From positions 6,167-70,166 of the forward strand of contig DASYRN010000041.1 in assembly GCA_036004365.1 (NCBI GenBank): 64,000 bases of DNA, read 5' to 3'. Every line of letters starts with the position of its first letter. The first letter of the stretch is position 1. A model generated the notes under the pieces. The model was given only the letters and a program-made list of their open reading frames with translations. It did no database searches and was not told the origin of the DNA. Shown here piece after piece: positions 52,907 to 63,270 of this stretch. This stretch comes from Candidatus Binatia bacterium (lineage in GTDB: Bacteria; Desulfobacterota; Binatia; UBA9968). The position numbers were made by a program, and so were the translations under genes.

Positions 52907-55684
52907 ATGGAATTGTCCAAGTCGTATTCACATAGAGAGGTAGAAGCGAAGTGGTACGCCTACTGGGCCGAGCACGGTTACTTCCAACCTTTTAGGCCAG
53001 ATCGGCCAAGCTTCTCCATGGTGATTCCGCCGCCGAATATTACGGGCTCACTCCACATCGGCCATGCCTTAAATAACACCCTCCAGGATATCCTTTGTCG
53101 ATATAAACGGATGGCCGGTTATAACGTCCTTTGGGTGCCGGGAACGGACCATGCGGGCATTGCCACGCAAAATGTAGTGGAGAGGCAACTCGCTGAAGAA
53201 GGACTGAAGCGTTCTCAATTGGGAAGGGCGAAGTTTGTTGAGCGAGTTTGGGCCTGGCGAAAACAGTCCGGCAGCACGATCTTGCGGCAGCTTAGAGCGC
53301 TAGGAGTTTCGTGTGATTGGAGTCGGGAGCGCTTCACCATGGATGAAGGCCTCTCTGCGGCGGTCCGGGAAGCGTTTGTCCGCCTTTGGGAAGAGGGGTT
53401 GTTGTATCGCGCAGAGCGGCTGATCAACTGGTGCCCCCGCTGCAAGACGGCTCTTGCAGATATCGAGGTGGTTCACGAAGAGGTGGACGGGCATCTGTGG
53501 CACATTCGCTATCCGTTCGTCGACGCTCCGTCCGGTGGACTAACAGTAGCCACAACTCGTCCAGAGACTATGCTGGGCGACACAGCCGTGGCTGTCCATC
53601 CGGAGGATGAACGCTATCGCCATCTCATCGGGAAGAAAGTAAGGTTGCCGATTGTAGGACGACAAATTCCCATCATCGGAGATTCTTTCGTCGACTTGGA
53701 ATTCGGCAGCGGAGCTCTAAAGATCACTCCCGGGCATGATTTCAACGATTTTGAGATCGGGGAGAAGCACGGCCTGGACAAGATCTGCATCTTCGATGAG
53801 GAGGCGAGGATAAGTCCATCGACGTTCGCGCGCGATGGTCAAGAGCCTGCTTGGCTGGAGCGCTACCGGCTCAAAGATCGTTTCGAGGCCCGAAAGATCA
53901 TCGTCGAAGAGCTCAAAGAAAAAGGGTTGTTGGAGAAAGTTCAGCCATACAAACATGCCTTGGGCCGATGCTATCGCTGCCAAACGGTCGTTGAGCCCTA
54001 CCTCACGCCCCAATGGTTCGTCAAGATCAAACCGCTGGCCGAACCCGCGGTCGAAGCGGTTCGCGATGGAAAGGTGCGAATCATCCCCGAAGGATGGGCC
54101 AACTCATACTTTGCCTGGATGGAGAATATCAAGGATTGGTGCGTGTCCCGCCAGATCTGGTGGGGGCATCAGATCCCCGCTTGGTATTGCGTCACTTGTG
54201 ATGCAAAAAATATTTTCCAGACTGGCGAAGGCGAATTCATGTTAGGCCGAGAAGCAAGCCCCCTCGTTGCACGCGAGGAGCCACAAAAATGCCCGCGCTG
54301 TGGCGGGGATAGATTTGTGCGGGATCCTGACGTCTTGGATACTTGGTTTTCCTCGGCCTTGTGGCCTTTCTCTACGCTCGGATGGCCCGAGACGACAGAC
54401 GATCTTAGGAAGTTTTATCCCACTTCTGTGCTGGTCACTAGTTTCGATATTCTCTTTTTCTGGGTGGCGCGGATGATCATGATGGGCTTGAAATTCATGA
54501 AAGACGTTCCTTTCAGAGATGTCTATATTCATGCTTTGGTGCGGGATCAAGAAGGTCAGAAGATGTCGAAGTCGAAGGGAAATGTCATCGATCCTCTTGA
54601 GGTCATGGAGCGCTACGGGACGGACGCTTTCCGATTTACGCTGGCGGCTTTGACTGCGATGGGGAGAGACGTGAAGCTGGCCGAGGAGCGGATTGTGGGG
54701 TACCAGAATTTTGTCAACAAACTCTGGAATGCCGCGCGCTTTGTTATGATGAACGTGGGGCAAGACGGCGATGACCTGCCGCTTGGTTCGTTGCATGAGG
54801 AAAGTTTGAATCTGGCCGATCAGTGGATTTTATCTCGCTTGAACAGCACCATTGAAGAGGCAAGAAAGGCAATCGATTCGTATCGCTTCAATGAGTTTGC
54901 CCACCATCTATATCAGTTCGTTTGGCACGAGTTCTGCGATTGGTACATCGAGATGAGCAAGCTTTCGCTCAACGGAACTCTGAGAGATGATTCTGCCAAG
55001 ACTCGAAGGATTCTGATCACGGTTCTTGAAAAACTGCTTCTCTTGCTGCATCCCCTGATGCCTTTTGTTACTGAGGAGATATGGCAGGCGTTGACCGAGA
55101 AACGGAAGGCGAAGGCCAGAGAACAAAGTTGGAGTATCATGATCCAACCCTATCCAGAGGTAGATCGGGGCTATATCAGATCCGAAGTGGAGGATAAGGT
55201 AGGCTTTTTGGCGGATGTCATACGCGCCATCAGAAATCTCCGAACAGAGATGAACTGCCCGCCGTCGAAACAGGTTCAGGTTATCCTATTCGGCGCGGAT
55301 CAAGAGATCGCGTTTTTGAGATCCCAAGAACCGTATCTGCGGGCTCTAGCACGGGCAGATTCGGTGGAATATCAAACATCGGGCGGGAGACCGAAAGGCG
55401 CCGCGACGGCTATGGTCAGGGCCACAGAGATCTATCTTCCGCTCGACGGCATGGTCAACCTGCGGGAAGAGAGAGAGCGGCTTCTAAAGGAGATCCCCAA
55501 ATTAGAACAGGAGCTGGCCCGGGTTCAGAAGAAACTCGACAACCGGGCGTTTTTGGTCAATGCCAAAGAAGAAGTCGTCGAGAAGGAGAAGGGAAAACTC
55601 CAAGAATTTGAGGAAAAGCTGCAAACTCTTCGCCGTAGCTTGCAACGGATTCAGGAGATGTCCGAGGCCGGACCGAGAGCTTAG
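52907..55684 (+). CDS. valS: Valine--tRNA ligase
   Basis: PPPNITGSLHIGH and KMSKSKGN class I motifs, and a C-terminal coiled coil. Start set at ATG 52907 (MELSKSYSHREVEAKWY). Confidence 0.95.
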   Translation: MELSKSYSHREVEAKWYAYWAEHGYFQPFRPDRPSFSMVIPPPNITGSLHIGHALNNTLQDILCRYKRMAGYNVLWVPGTDHAGIATQNVVERQLAEEGLKRSQLGRAKFVERVWAWRKQSGSTILRQLRALGVSCDWSRERFTMDEGLSAAVREAFVRLWEEGLLYRAERLINWCPRCKTALADIEVVHEEVDGHLWHIRYPFVDAPSGGLTVATTRPETMLGDTAVAVHPEDERYRHLIGKKVRLPIVGRQIPIIGDSFVDLEFGSGALKITPGHDFNDFEIGEKHGLDKICIFDEEARISPSTFARDGQEPAWLERYRLKDRFEARKIIVEELKEKGLLEKVQPYKHALGRCYRCQTVVEPYLTPQWFVKIKPLAEPAVEAVRDGKVRIIPEGWANSYFAWMENIKDWCVSRQIWWGHQIPAWYCVTCDAKNIFQTGEGEFMLGREASPLVAREEPQKCPRCGGDRFVRDPDVLDTWFSSALWPFSTLGWPETTDDLRKFYPTSVLVTSFDILFFWVARMIMMGLKFMKDVPFRDVYIHALVRDQEGQKMSKSKGNVIDPLEVMERYGTDAFRFTLAALTAMGRDVKLAEERIVGYQNFVNKLWNAARFVMMNVGQDGDDLPLGSLHEESLNLADQWILSRLNSTIEEARKAIDSYRFNEFAHHLYQFVWHEFCDWYIEMSKLSLNGTLRDDSAKTRRILITVLEKLLLLLHPLMPFVTEEIWQALTEKRKAKAREQSWSIMIQPYPEVDRGYIRSEVEDKVGFLADVIRAIRNLRTEMNCPPSKQVQVILFGADQEIAFLRSQEPYLRALARADSVEYQTSGGRPKGAATAMVRATEIYLPLDGMVNLREERERLLKEIPKLEQELARVQKKLDNRAFLVNAKEEVVEKEKGKLQEFEEKLQTLRRSLQRIQEMSEAGPRA

Positions 55685-55686
55685 TC

Positions 55687-56538
55687 ATGGATGTTCTCAT
55701 CACGTCTGAGATCGAAGAACTCATCAAGCGCGTGTTACAGGAGGACATAGGCGCAGGAGATCTGACCACACTGAGCACCGTTCCGATTGAGCTCCGAGGC
55801 AAAGGATTGTTTCGAGCCAAAAGGGACGGTATCGTGGCCGGTCTTTTTCTGTTAAAAAAAATATTTTCGCTGGTGGATGTAGAAACGAGGGTCCGTTGCC
55901 TCTCTCAGGATGGGGACACGGTGAAGCAAGGGGCTGTGGTTGCGGAGGTCGAGGGACCTGTGAGAGCTCTGCTCATAGGGGAGAGAACCGCGCTCAATTT
56001 CCTTCAGCGCCTGTCGGGAACGGCGACGTTGACCCGGCGTTATGTAGACGCGGTCAAGAATTTCTCGTGCAAGGTCATAGACACGCGCAAGACAACGCCG
56101 GGGCTTCGAACTCTTGAGAAGTATGCGGTCCGGATGGGTGGCGGAACCAATCACCGTTTGGGGTTGTACGACGCAGCCTTGATCAAAGACAACCATATTG
56201 CAGCCGCCGGCTCGATTGCCAAGGCGGTGGAAATGGTTCGAGAGCATGCTCCTTTTATGGCGAAGATCGAGGTGGAGTGCGCGGATCTCAAGCAGGTTCA
56301 GGAGGCTATTGACGCGAAAGCCGATGTTATCATGTTGGATAATATGGGAACCCAAGAGATGGCCGAAGCGGTGCGGCTCATCAGCAAGCGGGCGTGGGTC
56401 GAGGCATCGGGCGGGATCACGCTCGAACGGATTCGGGAAATCGCGGCGACCGGCGTGGACTTCATCTCCATCGGGGCTTTGACCCATTCGGCGCCGGCCG
56501 TCGACTTCAACATGAAGATTTCGGTGTCTCGGCGCTGA
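55687..56538 (+). CDS. nadC: Nicotinate-nucleotide pyrophosphorylase (quinolinate phosphoribosyltransferase)
   Basis: DTRKTTPGLR and GGGTNHRLGLYDAALIKDNH motifs. Confidence 0.9.
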   Translation: MDVLITSEIEELIKRVLQEDIGAGDLTTLSTVPIELRGKGLFRAKRDGIVAGLFLLKKIFSLVDVETRVRCLSQDGDTVKQGAVVAEVEGPVRALLIGERTALNFLQRLSGTATLTRRYVDAVKNFSCKVIDTRKTTPGLRTLEKYAVRMGGGTNHRLGLYDAALIKDNHIAAAGSIAKAVEMVREHAPFMAKIEVECADLKQVQEAIDAKADVIMLDNMGTQEMAEAVRLISKRAWVEASGGITLERIREIAATGVDFISIGALTHSAPAVDFNMKISVSRR

Positions 56539-56542
56539 GAAG

Positions 56543-57373
56543 ATGGATCAAGGGTTTGTGGGACCAAGGATTGAAGGGTTAGCGCCCCTAGACCCCCATG
56601 AGATCAAGAGAGACCTAAAGACCAAGCGACTCGGTGGAAAGATCCACTATTTCACGGAAATCGATTCGACAAATGTTTACGCTTACAAGATCGCCAAAGA
56701 GGGGGCAGAAGAGGGTGAGATCGTTATCGCCGAGGGACAGAGGAGAGGTAAGGGAAGAATGGGAAGAGGTTGGATCTCTCCTCCCTACCTCAATCTTTAT
56801 CTCTCCGCGATTCTACGCCCTCGCCTTCCTGCAAGCCATGCGCCTCAGCTCACTTTAATGTCTGCGGTCGCTTTGGCCGAGACGGTTCACTCTTTCATTC
56901 CAAGTCTTCCTCAGATCAAGTGGCCAAACGATATTCTCGTCGGAGAAAAAAAACTGGCGGGGATTCTGACTGAATCTTCCTGTGAAGGCGACGAGATAGA
57001 ATTTGTCGTTGTCGGGATCGGGATCAATGTTAATTTCCCGAAAGAGCTCATGCCCGAGGCGATCAAAGAGACGGCAACGTCGATCCTGAGTCTGGTCAAC
57101 AGACCGGTGAACCGCGTGATCCTTGCCCAGCGATTGATTCAGAACCTCGACCGATGCTATGGGGATCTTAAAGAGAGGGGGTTCCCTTATATCGCTAGTC
57201 GGTGGGAGAGTTTCTTTTACCTCCGAGGAAAAAGAGTTAGGGTGGAGCTAATGGGGGATTCGATCTTGGGAAGAGCCACCGGGATAGACGCCGACGGAGC
57301 ATTGCTCTTAGAGGATGACCGAGGAATCTTAAAGCGCATTGTTGCAGGAGATGTCATTCCTGTTGAACCGTGA
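56543..57373 (+). CDS. birA: Biotin--[acetyl-CoA-carboxylase] ligase, class I (no N-terminal HTH)
   Basis: GQRRGKGRMGRGWISP biotin-binding loop and KWPNDILV. 276 aa. Confidence 0.85.
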   Translation: MDQGFVGPRIEGLAPLDPHEIKRDLKTKRLGGKIHYFTEIDSTNVYAYKIAKEGAEEGEIVIAEGQRRGKGRMGRGWISPPYLNLYLSAILRPRLPASHAPQLTLMSAVALAETVHSFIPSLPQIKWPNDILVGEKKLAGILTESSCEGDEIEFVVVGIGINVNFPKELMPEAIKETATSILSLVNRPVNRVILAQRLIQNLDRCYGDLKERGFPYIASRWESFFYLRGKRVRVELMGDSILGRATGIDADGALLLEDDRGILKRIVAGDVIPVEP

Positions 57374-57387
57374 AAGCCGGGTAGCAC

Positions 57388-58176
57388 ATGCTCTTAGCCA
57401 TCGATATCGGCAATACGAATATTGTTTTGGGGCTTTACAAGGGAAAGAAGCTCCTGATTCATTGGCGACTTTTGACGCAGCCCGACCGGACCGCCGACGA
57501 ATACGGCCTATTGATCTCCCAGCTTGCCGCCTCCAGAGGTTTCACCTGCGACCAAATCCAGGCGATCGTTGTTTCCTGTGTGGTTCCTCCGATGCTGAGT
57601 CTCATCCATGAACTCAGTGAAAGATATTTTAAAATCCATCCGTTGGTGCTTGGGCCTGGCATCAAGACTGGGATGCCGATTCTCTATGAGAGCCCCAAAG
57701 AAGTCGGTGCGGATCGAATCTGCAATGGCGTGGCCGCATATGAAAGGTACCATGACGCGTGCATAGCAGTCGATTTCGGAACCGCAACCACCTTCGACTT
57801 CATTTCCAAAGCCGGAGAATACATGGGCGGGTCGATTGCGCCCGGTTTGTTAATTTCGGTTGAGGCACTATTTCAAAAGGCTTCCAAGCTTCCCAGAGTG
57901 GAGATCGTCAAACCGAGAGAAGTGGTGGGCAAAAACCCGGTCCAGTCGATCCAGTCCGGGATCTTCTATGGCTACGTAGGTTTGGTCAACGGCATCGTCG
58001 AGCGGATCCAGAAAGAGAACCGAGTCCGTGCCAAGGTGATAGCCACCGGAGGCCTGGCGCCACTCATCGCGCCTGAGTGCTCTGCCATTAACGATATCGA
58101 CGAGTTTCTGACATTGGAAGGCCTGCGGATCATATACGAGCGCAACGCTGCTCAGGAAATCAAAAAGCGGGCCTAG
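57388..58176 (+). CDS. coaX: Type III pantothenate kinase
   Basis: MLLAIDIGNTNIVLGLY and DFGTATTFD motifs. Confidence 0.9.
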   Translation: MLLAIDIGNTNIVLGLYKGKKLLIHWRLLTQPDRTADEYGLLISQLAASRGFTCDQIQAIVVSCVVPPMLSLIHELSERYFKIHPLVLGPGIKTGMPILYESPKEVGADRICNGVAAYERYHDACIAVDFGTATTFDFISKAGEYMGGSIAPGLLISVEALFQKASKLPRVEIVKPREVVGKNPVQSIQSGIFYGYVGLVNGIVERIQKENRVRAKVIATGGLAPLIAPECSAINDIDEFLTLEGLRIIYERNAAQEIKKRA

Positions 58177-58193
58177 GCGAGAAGGGGGAAAGA

Positions 58194-60284
58194 ATGGCTG
58201 TCGAGATCGACAAGATACGCAACGTGGGGATTTTAGGCCATGGAGGCGTCGGAAAGACTTCGCTCGGCGAGGCGATGCTTTTCGCTGGCGGCGTTACACA
58301 GCGCTTAGGTCGCGTCGAGGATGGTACATCACTTTTTGACTTTGAGCCCGAGGAGATTAAACGGCGCATTTCCATTTCCACCTCATTTCATTCGCTCAAT
58401 TGGAAGAAGTTTGCTCTTACTCTGATGGATACTCCTGGCTATGCGACCTTCCTGGCCGATACGATCTCCTGCATGCGCGCTTTCGGCGGCGCGGTTTTTT
58501 TGCTCAGTCCTTCGACTGGCCTCAGAGTGGAAACCGAGCGCCTGTGGACGCGGGCCAATGAGTCGAACATGAGCCGGCTGATTTTTATCAGCAAGATGGA
58601 TCGCGAAAAGGCCAACGTCCATGAAGGTATAGAAACGATCTTCAATGGACTCGAGGCTAAGCCTGTGTACCTTCAGTTGCCGATCGGGGCGGAGGAGAGC
58701 TTTAAAGGCATCATCGATCTTTGCCAGATGAAGGCTTTTGTCTTTGAGGGCCAGAGCGGCAAATTCACGCAAACGGATATTCCGGAGGATCTAAAGAAGA
58801 TCGCGCAAGAGAATCGCGTCGAATTGATGGAGAGTGTGGCGGAGACAGATGACGCCGTTTTGGAAAAGTACCTCGATGCTCAAGATCTCTCTTTCGAGGA
58901 ACTCAAGCTGGGGATTCGCGCAGCCGTTCTCAAGGGAAGGTTGTTTCCGGTCTTGTACGGTTCTGCGAGCCGGCTTATCGGCGTCCCTCAACTGTTGGAC
59001 GCCATCGTGGATTATCTGCCGTCGCCGATAGATGAGGGTGAGGTTCAAGGTAAAAATCCGGTTACAGGGGAGGTCGAAAAGCGAACGCCGGATCCCAATG
59101 GTCATTTAGCCGCTTTTGTTTTTAAGACCATCATCGACCCCTTCGCCGGCAAGCTCTCGGTGATGCGAGTAGTTTCGGGGAAAATAGCGACGGACATGAA
59201 CGTCTACAACCCTAATAAACAGGCGCGAGAGAAGATCGGCCAGATGTTTCGTCTGGAGGGAAAAAAACAAGAGGTGGTTCGGGAGGCGGGTGCGGGAGAA
59301 ATCGTTGCCGCTGCCAAGCTCAAAGATGTCTCTACAGGTGATACCTTCTGTGACGAGAGAGCCCCGATCCAGTTTGAGGGGATGCCCCATTTTACTCCAC
59401 TGATCTCTTTCGCTCTCGAGCCGAAGAGCAAGTCCGATGAGGAGAAGATCCCCCAGGGTTTGCACAGAATAATGGAAGAAGATCCGACCATCGAGGTCCA
59501 TCGCGATGAGGAAACGAGAGATTTCATCCTTTCTGGAATGGGGCAGCAGCATGTCGAGATTATTGTTGAAAAGCTGAAGCGGAAATATGGCGCGGATGTC
59601 ATACTCAAGGCGCCAAAGGTACCTTACAAAGAAACGATCCGGGGCAGCGCCAGCGCCCAAGGGAAGTTAAAAAAGCAATCGGGAGGACGGGGGCAATATG
59701 GAGATACCTGGCTTAAGATCCAACCGCTCCCTCACGGCAAGGGTTTCGAATTTGTCGACGAGGTTGTCGGTGGCGCCATCCCGCGGAACTACATCCCCGC
59801 GGTGGAAAAAGGGGTGAAAGAAGCGATGGCTGGGGGCGTTCTCGCCGGATACCCGATGGTGGATATCCGCGTCACGCTCTACGACGGTTCCTATCACGAC
59901 GTGGACTCATCGGATATGGCATTCAAGATCGCTGGTTCCATAGGGTTTAAAAACGCCGTCGAGAAAGCGAAGCCGGTGATTCTAGAACCGATCATGACCA
60001 TGGAAGTGACCGTGCCTGACGATTGCATGGGCGATGTCATCGGTGATCTCAATAGCCGCCGGGGCAAAGTGCTTGGCATGGATACGAAGGGGCACACTCA
60101 AGTCATCAAGTGCAGGGTGCCCATGGCTGAGGTATTGAAGTATGCCCCTGACCTCCGATCTGTTACGAGTGGACGGGGTGAGTTTCATATGGAGTTCTCA
60201 CATTATGAGGAACTGCCACCTCACTTGGCTGAGAAAGTGATCAAACAGGCAAAAGCGGCGGTTGAGGCGCAGCACAAGGCATAG
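58194..60284 (+). CDS. Elongation factor G paralogue with non-canonical G motifs
   Basis: Full five-domain EF-G architecture. However G1 reads GHGGVGKTS, G3 reads DTPGY and G4 reads SKMD. It is not in an rpsL-rpsG-fusA-tuf context. Confidence 0.85.
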   Translation: MAVEIDKIRNVGILGHGGVGKTSLGEAMLFAGGVTQRLGRVEDGTSLFDFEPEEIKRRISISTSFHSLNWKKFALTLMDTPGYATFLADTISCMRAFGGAVFLLSPSTGLRVETERLWTRANESNMSRLIFISKMDREKANVHEGIETIFNGLEAKPVYLQLPIGAEESFKGIIDLCQMKAFVFEGQSGKFTQTDIPEDLKKIAQENRVELMESVAETDDAVLEKYLDAQDLSFEELKLGIRAAVLKGRLFPVLYGSASRLIGVPQLLDAIVDYLPSPIDEGEVQGKNPVTGEVEKRTPDPNGHLAAFVFKTIIDPFAGKLSVMRVVSGKIATDMNVYNPNKQAREKIGQMFRLEGKKQEVVREAGAGEIVAAAKLKDVSTGDTFCDERAPIQFEGMPHFTPLISFALEPKSKSDEEKIPQGLHRIMEEDPTIEVHRDEETRDFILSGMGQQHVEIIVEKLKRKYGADVILKAPKVPYKETIRGSASAQGKLKKQSGGRGQYGDTWLKIQPLPHGKGFEFVDEVVGGAIPRNYIPAVEKGVKEAMAGGVLAGYPMVDIRVTLYDGSYHDVDSSDMAFKIAGSIGFKNAVEKAKPVILEPIMTMEVTVPDDCMGDVIGDLNSRRGKVLGMDTKGHTQVIKCRVPMAEVLKYAPDLRSVTSGRGEFHMEFSHYEELPPHLAEKVIKQAKAAVEAQHKA

Positions 60285-60336
60285 ATCGTTGCTCGTGTCG
60301 TAAACGAGCAAGATCATCGAGCACAGTTTTATCTTT

Positions 60337-60534
60337 ATGGAGAAGAGTTTTGATCAGTTTAATGCATCCTTGCTTTACTGCAATCAATGCGGTCAGGCGA
60401 TGCCTGTTCGGGAGCGGCTTCTTTTAATCCTTCCCGACGGGGAGCTTTACGACTACCTTTGCCAGGGTTGTGGCAGTTCGCTCGGCTCTAAAAAAGTTAG
60501 TGGGCCGCAGATCGCTAAGGCTTTGCGCCCCTAA
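60337..60534 (+). CDS. Small zinc-ribbon protein (CxxC ... CxxC)
   Basis: 65 aa. YCNQCG ... LCQGCG. Confidence 0.45.
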   Translation: MEKSFDQFNASLLYCNQCGQAMPVRERLLLILPDGELYDYLCQGCGSSLGSKKVSGPQIAKALRP

Positions 60535-60628
60535 GCCAAAGAGACGACGATCCAAACATAATTTCCGGCTGTATCAGGTTGACTCAACGTCGACAGGGAT
60601 GTAGCTTTCCGAGGCATTAGGCTATTTT

Positions 60629-61654
60629 ATGGTCGTCGATTTTCAAAGCCATATTTTTCCGGACCAGTACCTCGATGAGATCCGTCGTGTCGGCCGGGGC
60701 GTGGTGTTGGAGCATGCCGATCCGTACAGCGGGTTGAGCTATTTTTATGACCAGAAGCTCGGCTGTCGGATTAACACGGCGACGTTTCATGGACGCGATC
60801 CCGAGGTCCGAATCCGGCACATGGATAACTTAGGGATCGACGTTCAGGTATTGAGCGTGCCGCCGCCCGGCGCGGATCGATTTGAAGGAGAAGACGCAGT
60901 TGCGATCGCGAAAAAGGCCAACGAAGCGCTCGCGGATCTTTGCCAAAGGTATCCCAGCCGCTTCGTGGGTCTCTGTACTCTGCCGACGTCCTCGGTCAAA
61001 GCTTCCTTGGACGAACTCGACCGCTCAATCCAAGATCTCGGGCTTAGAGGGTTTGGTTGTTACTCCAACCTTAATGGCAGACCGCTGGATAGCGAAGAGC
61101 TTTTTCCGCTCTATGAGAGAATCGCGCGCTATCACATCCCGATCTACATCCATCCCACAGCGCCTCTGGCCACCCAGGCTGTCGGCCTGGATATCATGCC
61201 TGTGCTGATTTACGGTTGGGCGTTCGATTCAACGGTCGCCATGACTCGTTTGGTCTACGGTCGAGTGGTTGAAAGGTTTCCAGAGATCCATTTCGTAGTA
61301 GCGGACGTGGGCGGTGTTCTTGCTTTTTTTGCCCAAAGAGCGAGAAACATTTATACCGGAAGAACCGCGGAGATTGAAAAGAGATATGGTCTCAAAGTGA
61401 ATCCCTTGGATTCTTTCCGAAGATTTTATGTGGATACGGCGGATCATCCGGCCTCAACGCTTCGCTGTGCGCTCGATTTTTTTGGCCCGGATCGTCTGGT
61501 CCTGGGAACCAACTATCCCTACGGCCCGGAGGAAGGGTGCATTCTCGTCAAGAACAGCCTGAGTGCAGTGGAGCAATTAGATCTTCCACAGGCGGAGAAG
61601 CAGAAAATCCTCGGCCTGAATGCGGCCGCAGTTCTCAGACTGGAGGCATCGTGA
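60629..61654 (+). CDS. Amidohydrolase_2 family protein (ACMSD-like metal-dependent hydrolase/decarboxylase)
   Basis: MVVDFQSHIFP opening (metal-binding His), HP..P and D-containing C-terminal motifs. 341 aa. Confidence 0.75.
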   Translation: MVVDFQSHIFPDQYLDEIRRVGRGVVLEHADPYSGLSYFYDQKLGCRINTATFHGRDPEVRIRHMDNLGIDVQVLSVPPPGADRFEGEDAVAIAKKANEALADLCQRYPSRFVGLCTLPTSSVKASLDELDRSIQDLGLRGFGCYSNLNGRPLDSEELFPLYERIARYHIPIYIHPTAPLATQAVGLDIMPVLIYGWAFDSTVAMTRLVYGRVVERFPEIHFVVADVGGVLAFFAQRARNIYTGRTAEIEKRYGLKVNPLDSFRRFYVDTADHPASTLRCALDFFGPDRLVLGTNYPYGPEEGCILVKNSLSAVEQLDLPQAEKQKILGLNAAAVLRLEAS

Positions 61655-63258
61655 AACTCAAAATCATCCACTCCAAAGCAGCCAGACCGGTGGTTATCGG
61701 CCACCGCGGTACGGTAGCCTCGGGGCATCTTCTGGCGTCCGTTTCCGGATTACAAGTATTAAAGGACGGCGGCAACGCGGTAGACGCCGCGCTTGCTACA
61801 GCTTTTACCGTCGCCATGGTGAAGCCTGACACTTGCGGCCCTGGCGGGGATCTCTTTGCGTTGGTTTACATGAAAAAACAAGGAAGGGTTGAGGCCCTCA
61901 ATGCCAGTGGCCCGGCACCTGCCAAGGCGACAATAGAGATGTTCCGGAAGAAAAGGCTGAATAGAATCCCGACCCATGGCCCGCTCAGCATCGCTGTGCC
62001 CGGCGCTGTCGATGGCTGGCTGGAACTACATGGGAAATACGGGACGTTTGAACTCGAGCGCCTGGTCCAAGATGCCGTAGCCTACGGCAGGGAAGGCTTC
62101 CCCCTGACACCATTTCTCGCCGCCAGAATTGAAGAGTTAAGCTCAACCTATCCTTCGATCAGGCAGAATTTCCACAAGCCTTTGGGCGATCTCAATCCTG
62201 GGAAGAGGGTCATCCTCAGCGAGCTTGCCGATACGTTGGAGCAGATCGCTAAAGACGGGCGCGATGGCTTTTACCTTGGGGAGATCGGAAAACGCATCTG
62301 CGCCGCGGTCCAGGCCAAGGGAGGTGTGCTCAACGAAGAAGATCTTCAAGGAAAGTATGCTGAGTGGTTAGAGCCCCTGACAACGAGTTATAAAGATTAT
62401 CTGTTATTTGAGCAGCCCCCGGTATCCCAGGGTTTTATCGTCTTGGAAATGCTCAATATCCTAGAAGGCTTCGCGCTGCAAAAGATGGAGCGATCTGAGG
62501 CTATTCATCTCATGGTGGAGGCGAAGAAACTCGCCTTCGAGGATCGGATCAAACATCTTGACGACCCACGCTTCGGAGATCCTGAGGTAAGCCGTCTCAT
62601 TTCCAAGGCGCACGGAAAAAGGAGACGAAGCCTTATTATGACTCGTCCCCGCGTTGGGCTGCGCGCAGCCGCAGGAGGTGGCGGAGAGACGACATATCTC
62701 TGCGTTGCGGATGGAGAGGGAAACGTAGTCTCCCTTATTCAGAGCATTTTCGCCGGCTTCGGCTCTCGGGTGATTGCCGGGGATACGGGCGTGATCATGA
62801 ATAATCGCCTCTGCAGTTTCGTGCTTGACCCGCGGAAGGCCAATGCTCTGAAGCCGGGAAAGAGACCGGCGCACACCCTCAATTCCTACATGGTCTTCTG
62901 TGATGACCAGTTTTTCGGCGTAGGAGGCTCTCCGGGAGCCGACGACCAGCCACAGACCAATCTGCAAGTTCTGCACAATTTGCTTGACCGTCAGATGGAT
63001 CCGCAGTCGGCCGTTGAGGCGCCGAGGTGGAGCCATTCACCCGGAACCCCGCCGCGCCACCGCTTGCCTGAGTTGCTCAGCATGGAAGCGGGTTTTAGCC
63101 CCGACATCATTCGGCGGTTAGAAAGGAAAGGCCATAGGGTAAAGACAGTGGGTCCTTGGTCATTCGGAAGCGCCAAGGTGATCTTGAGAGACCCGGTTAC
63201 TGGCGCGTGGATGGCGGGCGCCGACCCGCGAAGAGAAGCCTATGCGATAGGCTGTTGA
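61651..63258 (+). CDS. ggt: Gamma-glutamyltransferase
   Basis: GGNAVDAALA, GGGETTYLCVADGEGNVVSLIQS (autoprocessing Thr) and GSPGADDQPQ. The GTG start overlaps the upstream stop (GTGA). Confidence 0.85.
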   Translation: MKLKIIHSKAARPVVIGHRGTVASGHLLASVSGLQVLKDGGNAVDAALATAFTVAMVKPDTCGPGGDLFALVYMKKQGRVEALNASGPAPAKATIEMFRKKRLNRIPTHGPLSIAVPGAVDGWLELHGKYGTFELERLVQDAVAYGREGFPLTPFLAARIEELSSTYPSIRQNFHKPLGDLNPGKRVILSELADTLEQIAKDGRDGFYLGEIGKRICAAVQAKGGVLNEEDLQGKYAEWLEPLTTSYKDYLLFEQPPVSQGFIVLEMLNILEGFALQKMERSEAIHLMVEAKKLAFEDRIKHLDDPRFGDPEVSRLISKAHGKRRRSLIMTRPRVGLRAAAGGGGETTYLCVADGEGNVVSLIQSIFAGFGSRVIAGDTGVIMNNRLCSFVLDPRKANALKPGKRPAHTLNSYMVFCDDQFFGVGGSPGADDQPQTNLQVLHNLLDRQMDPQSAVEAPRWSHSPGTPPRHRLPELLSMEAGFSPDIIRRLERKGHRVKTVGPWSFGSAKVILRDPVTGAWMAGADPRREAYAIGC

Positions 63259-63270
63259 ATCATCGTTTCC

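Noticed and set aside
54242-59660. Long antisense ORFs inside valS, nadC and the EF-G paralogue (54242-54796, 55852-56487, 59106-59660)
   Set aside because: They are shadow ORFs opposite strongly supported housekeeping genes.
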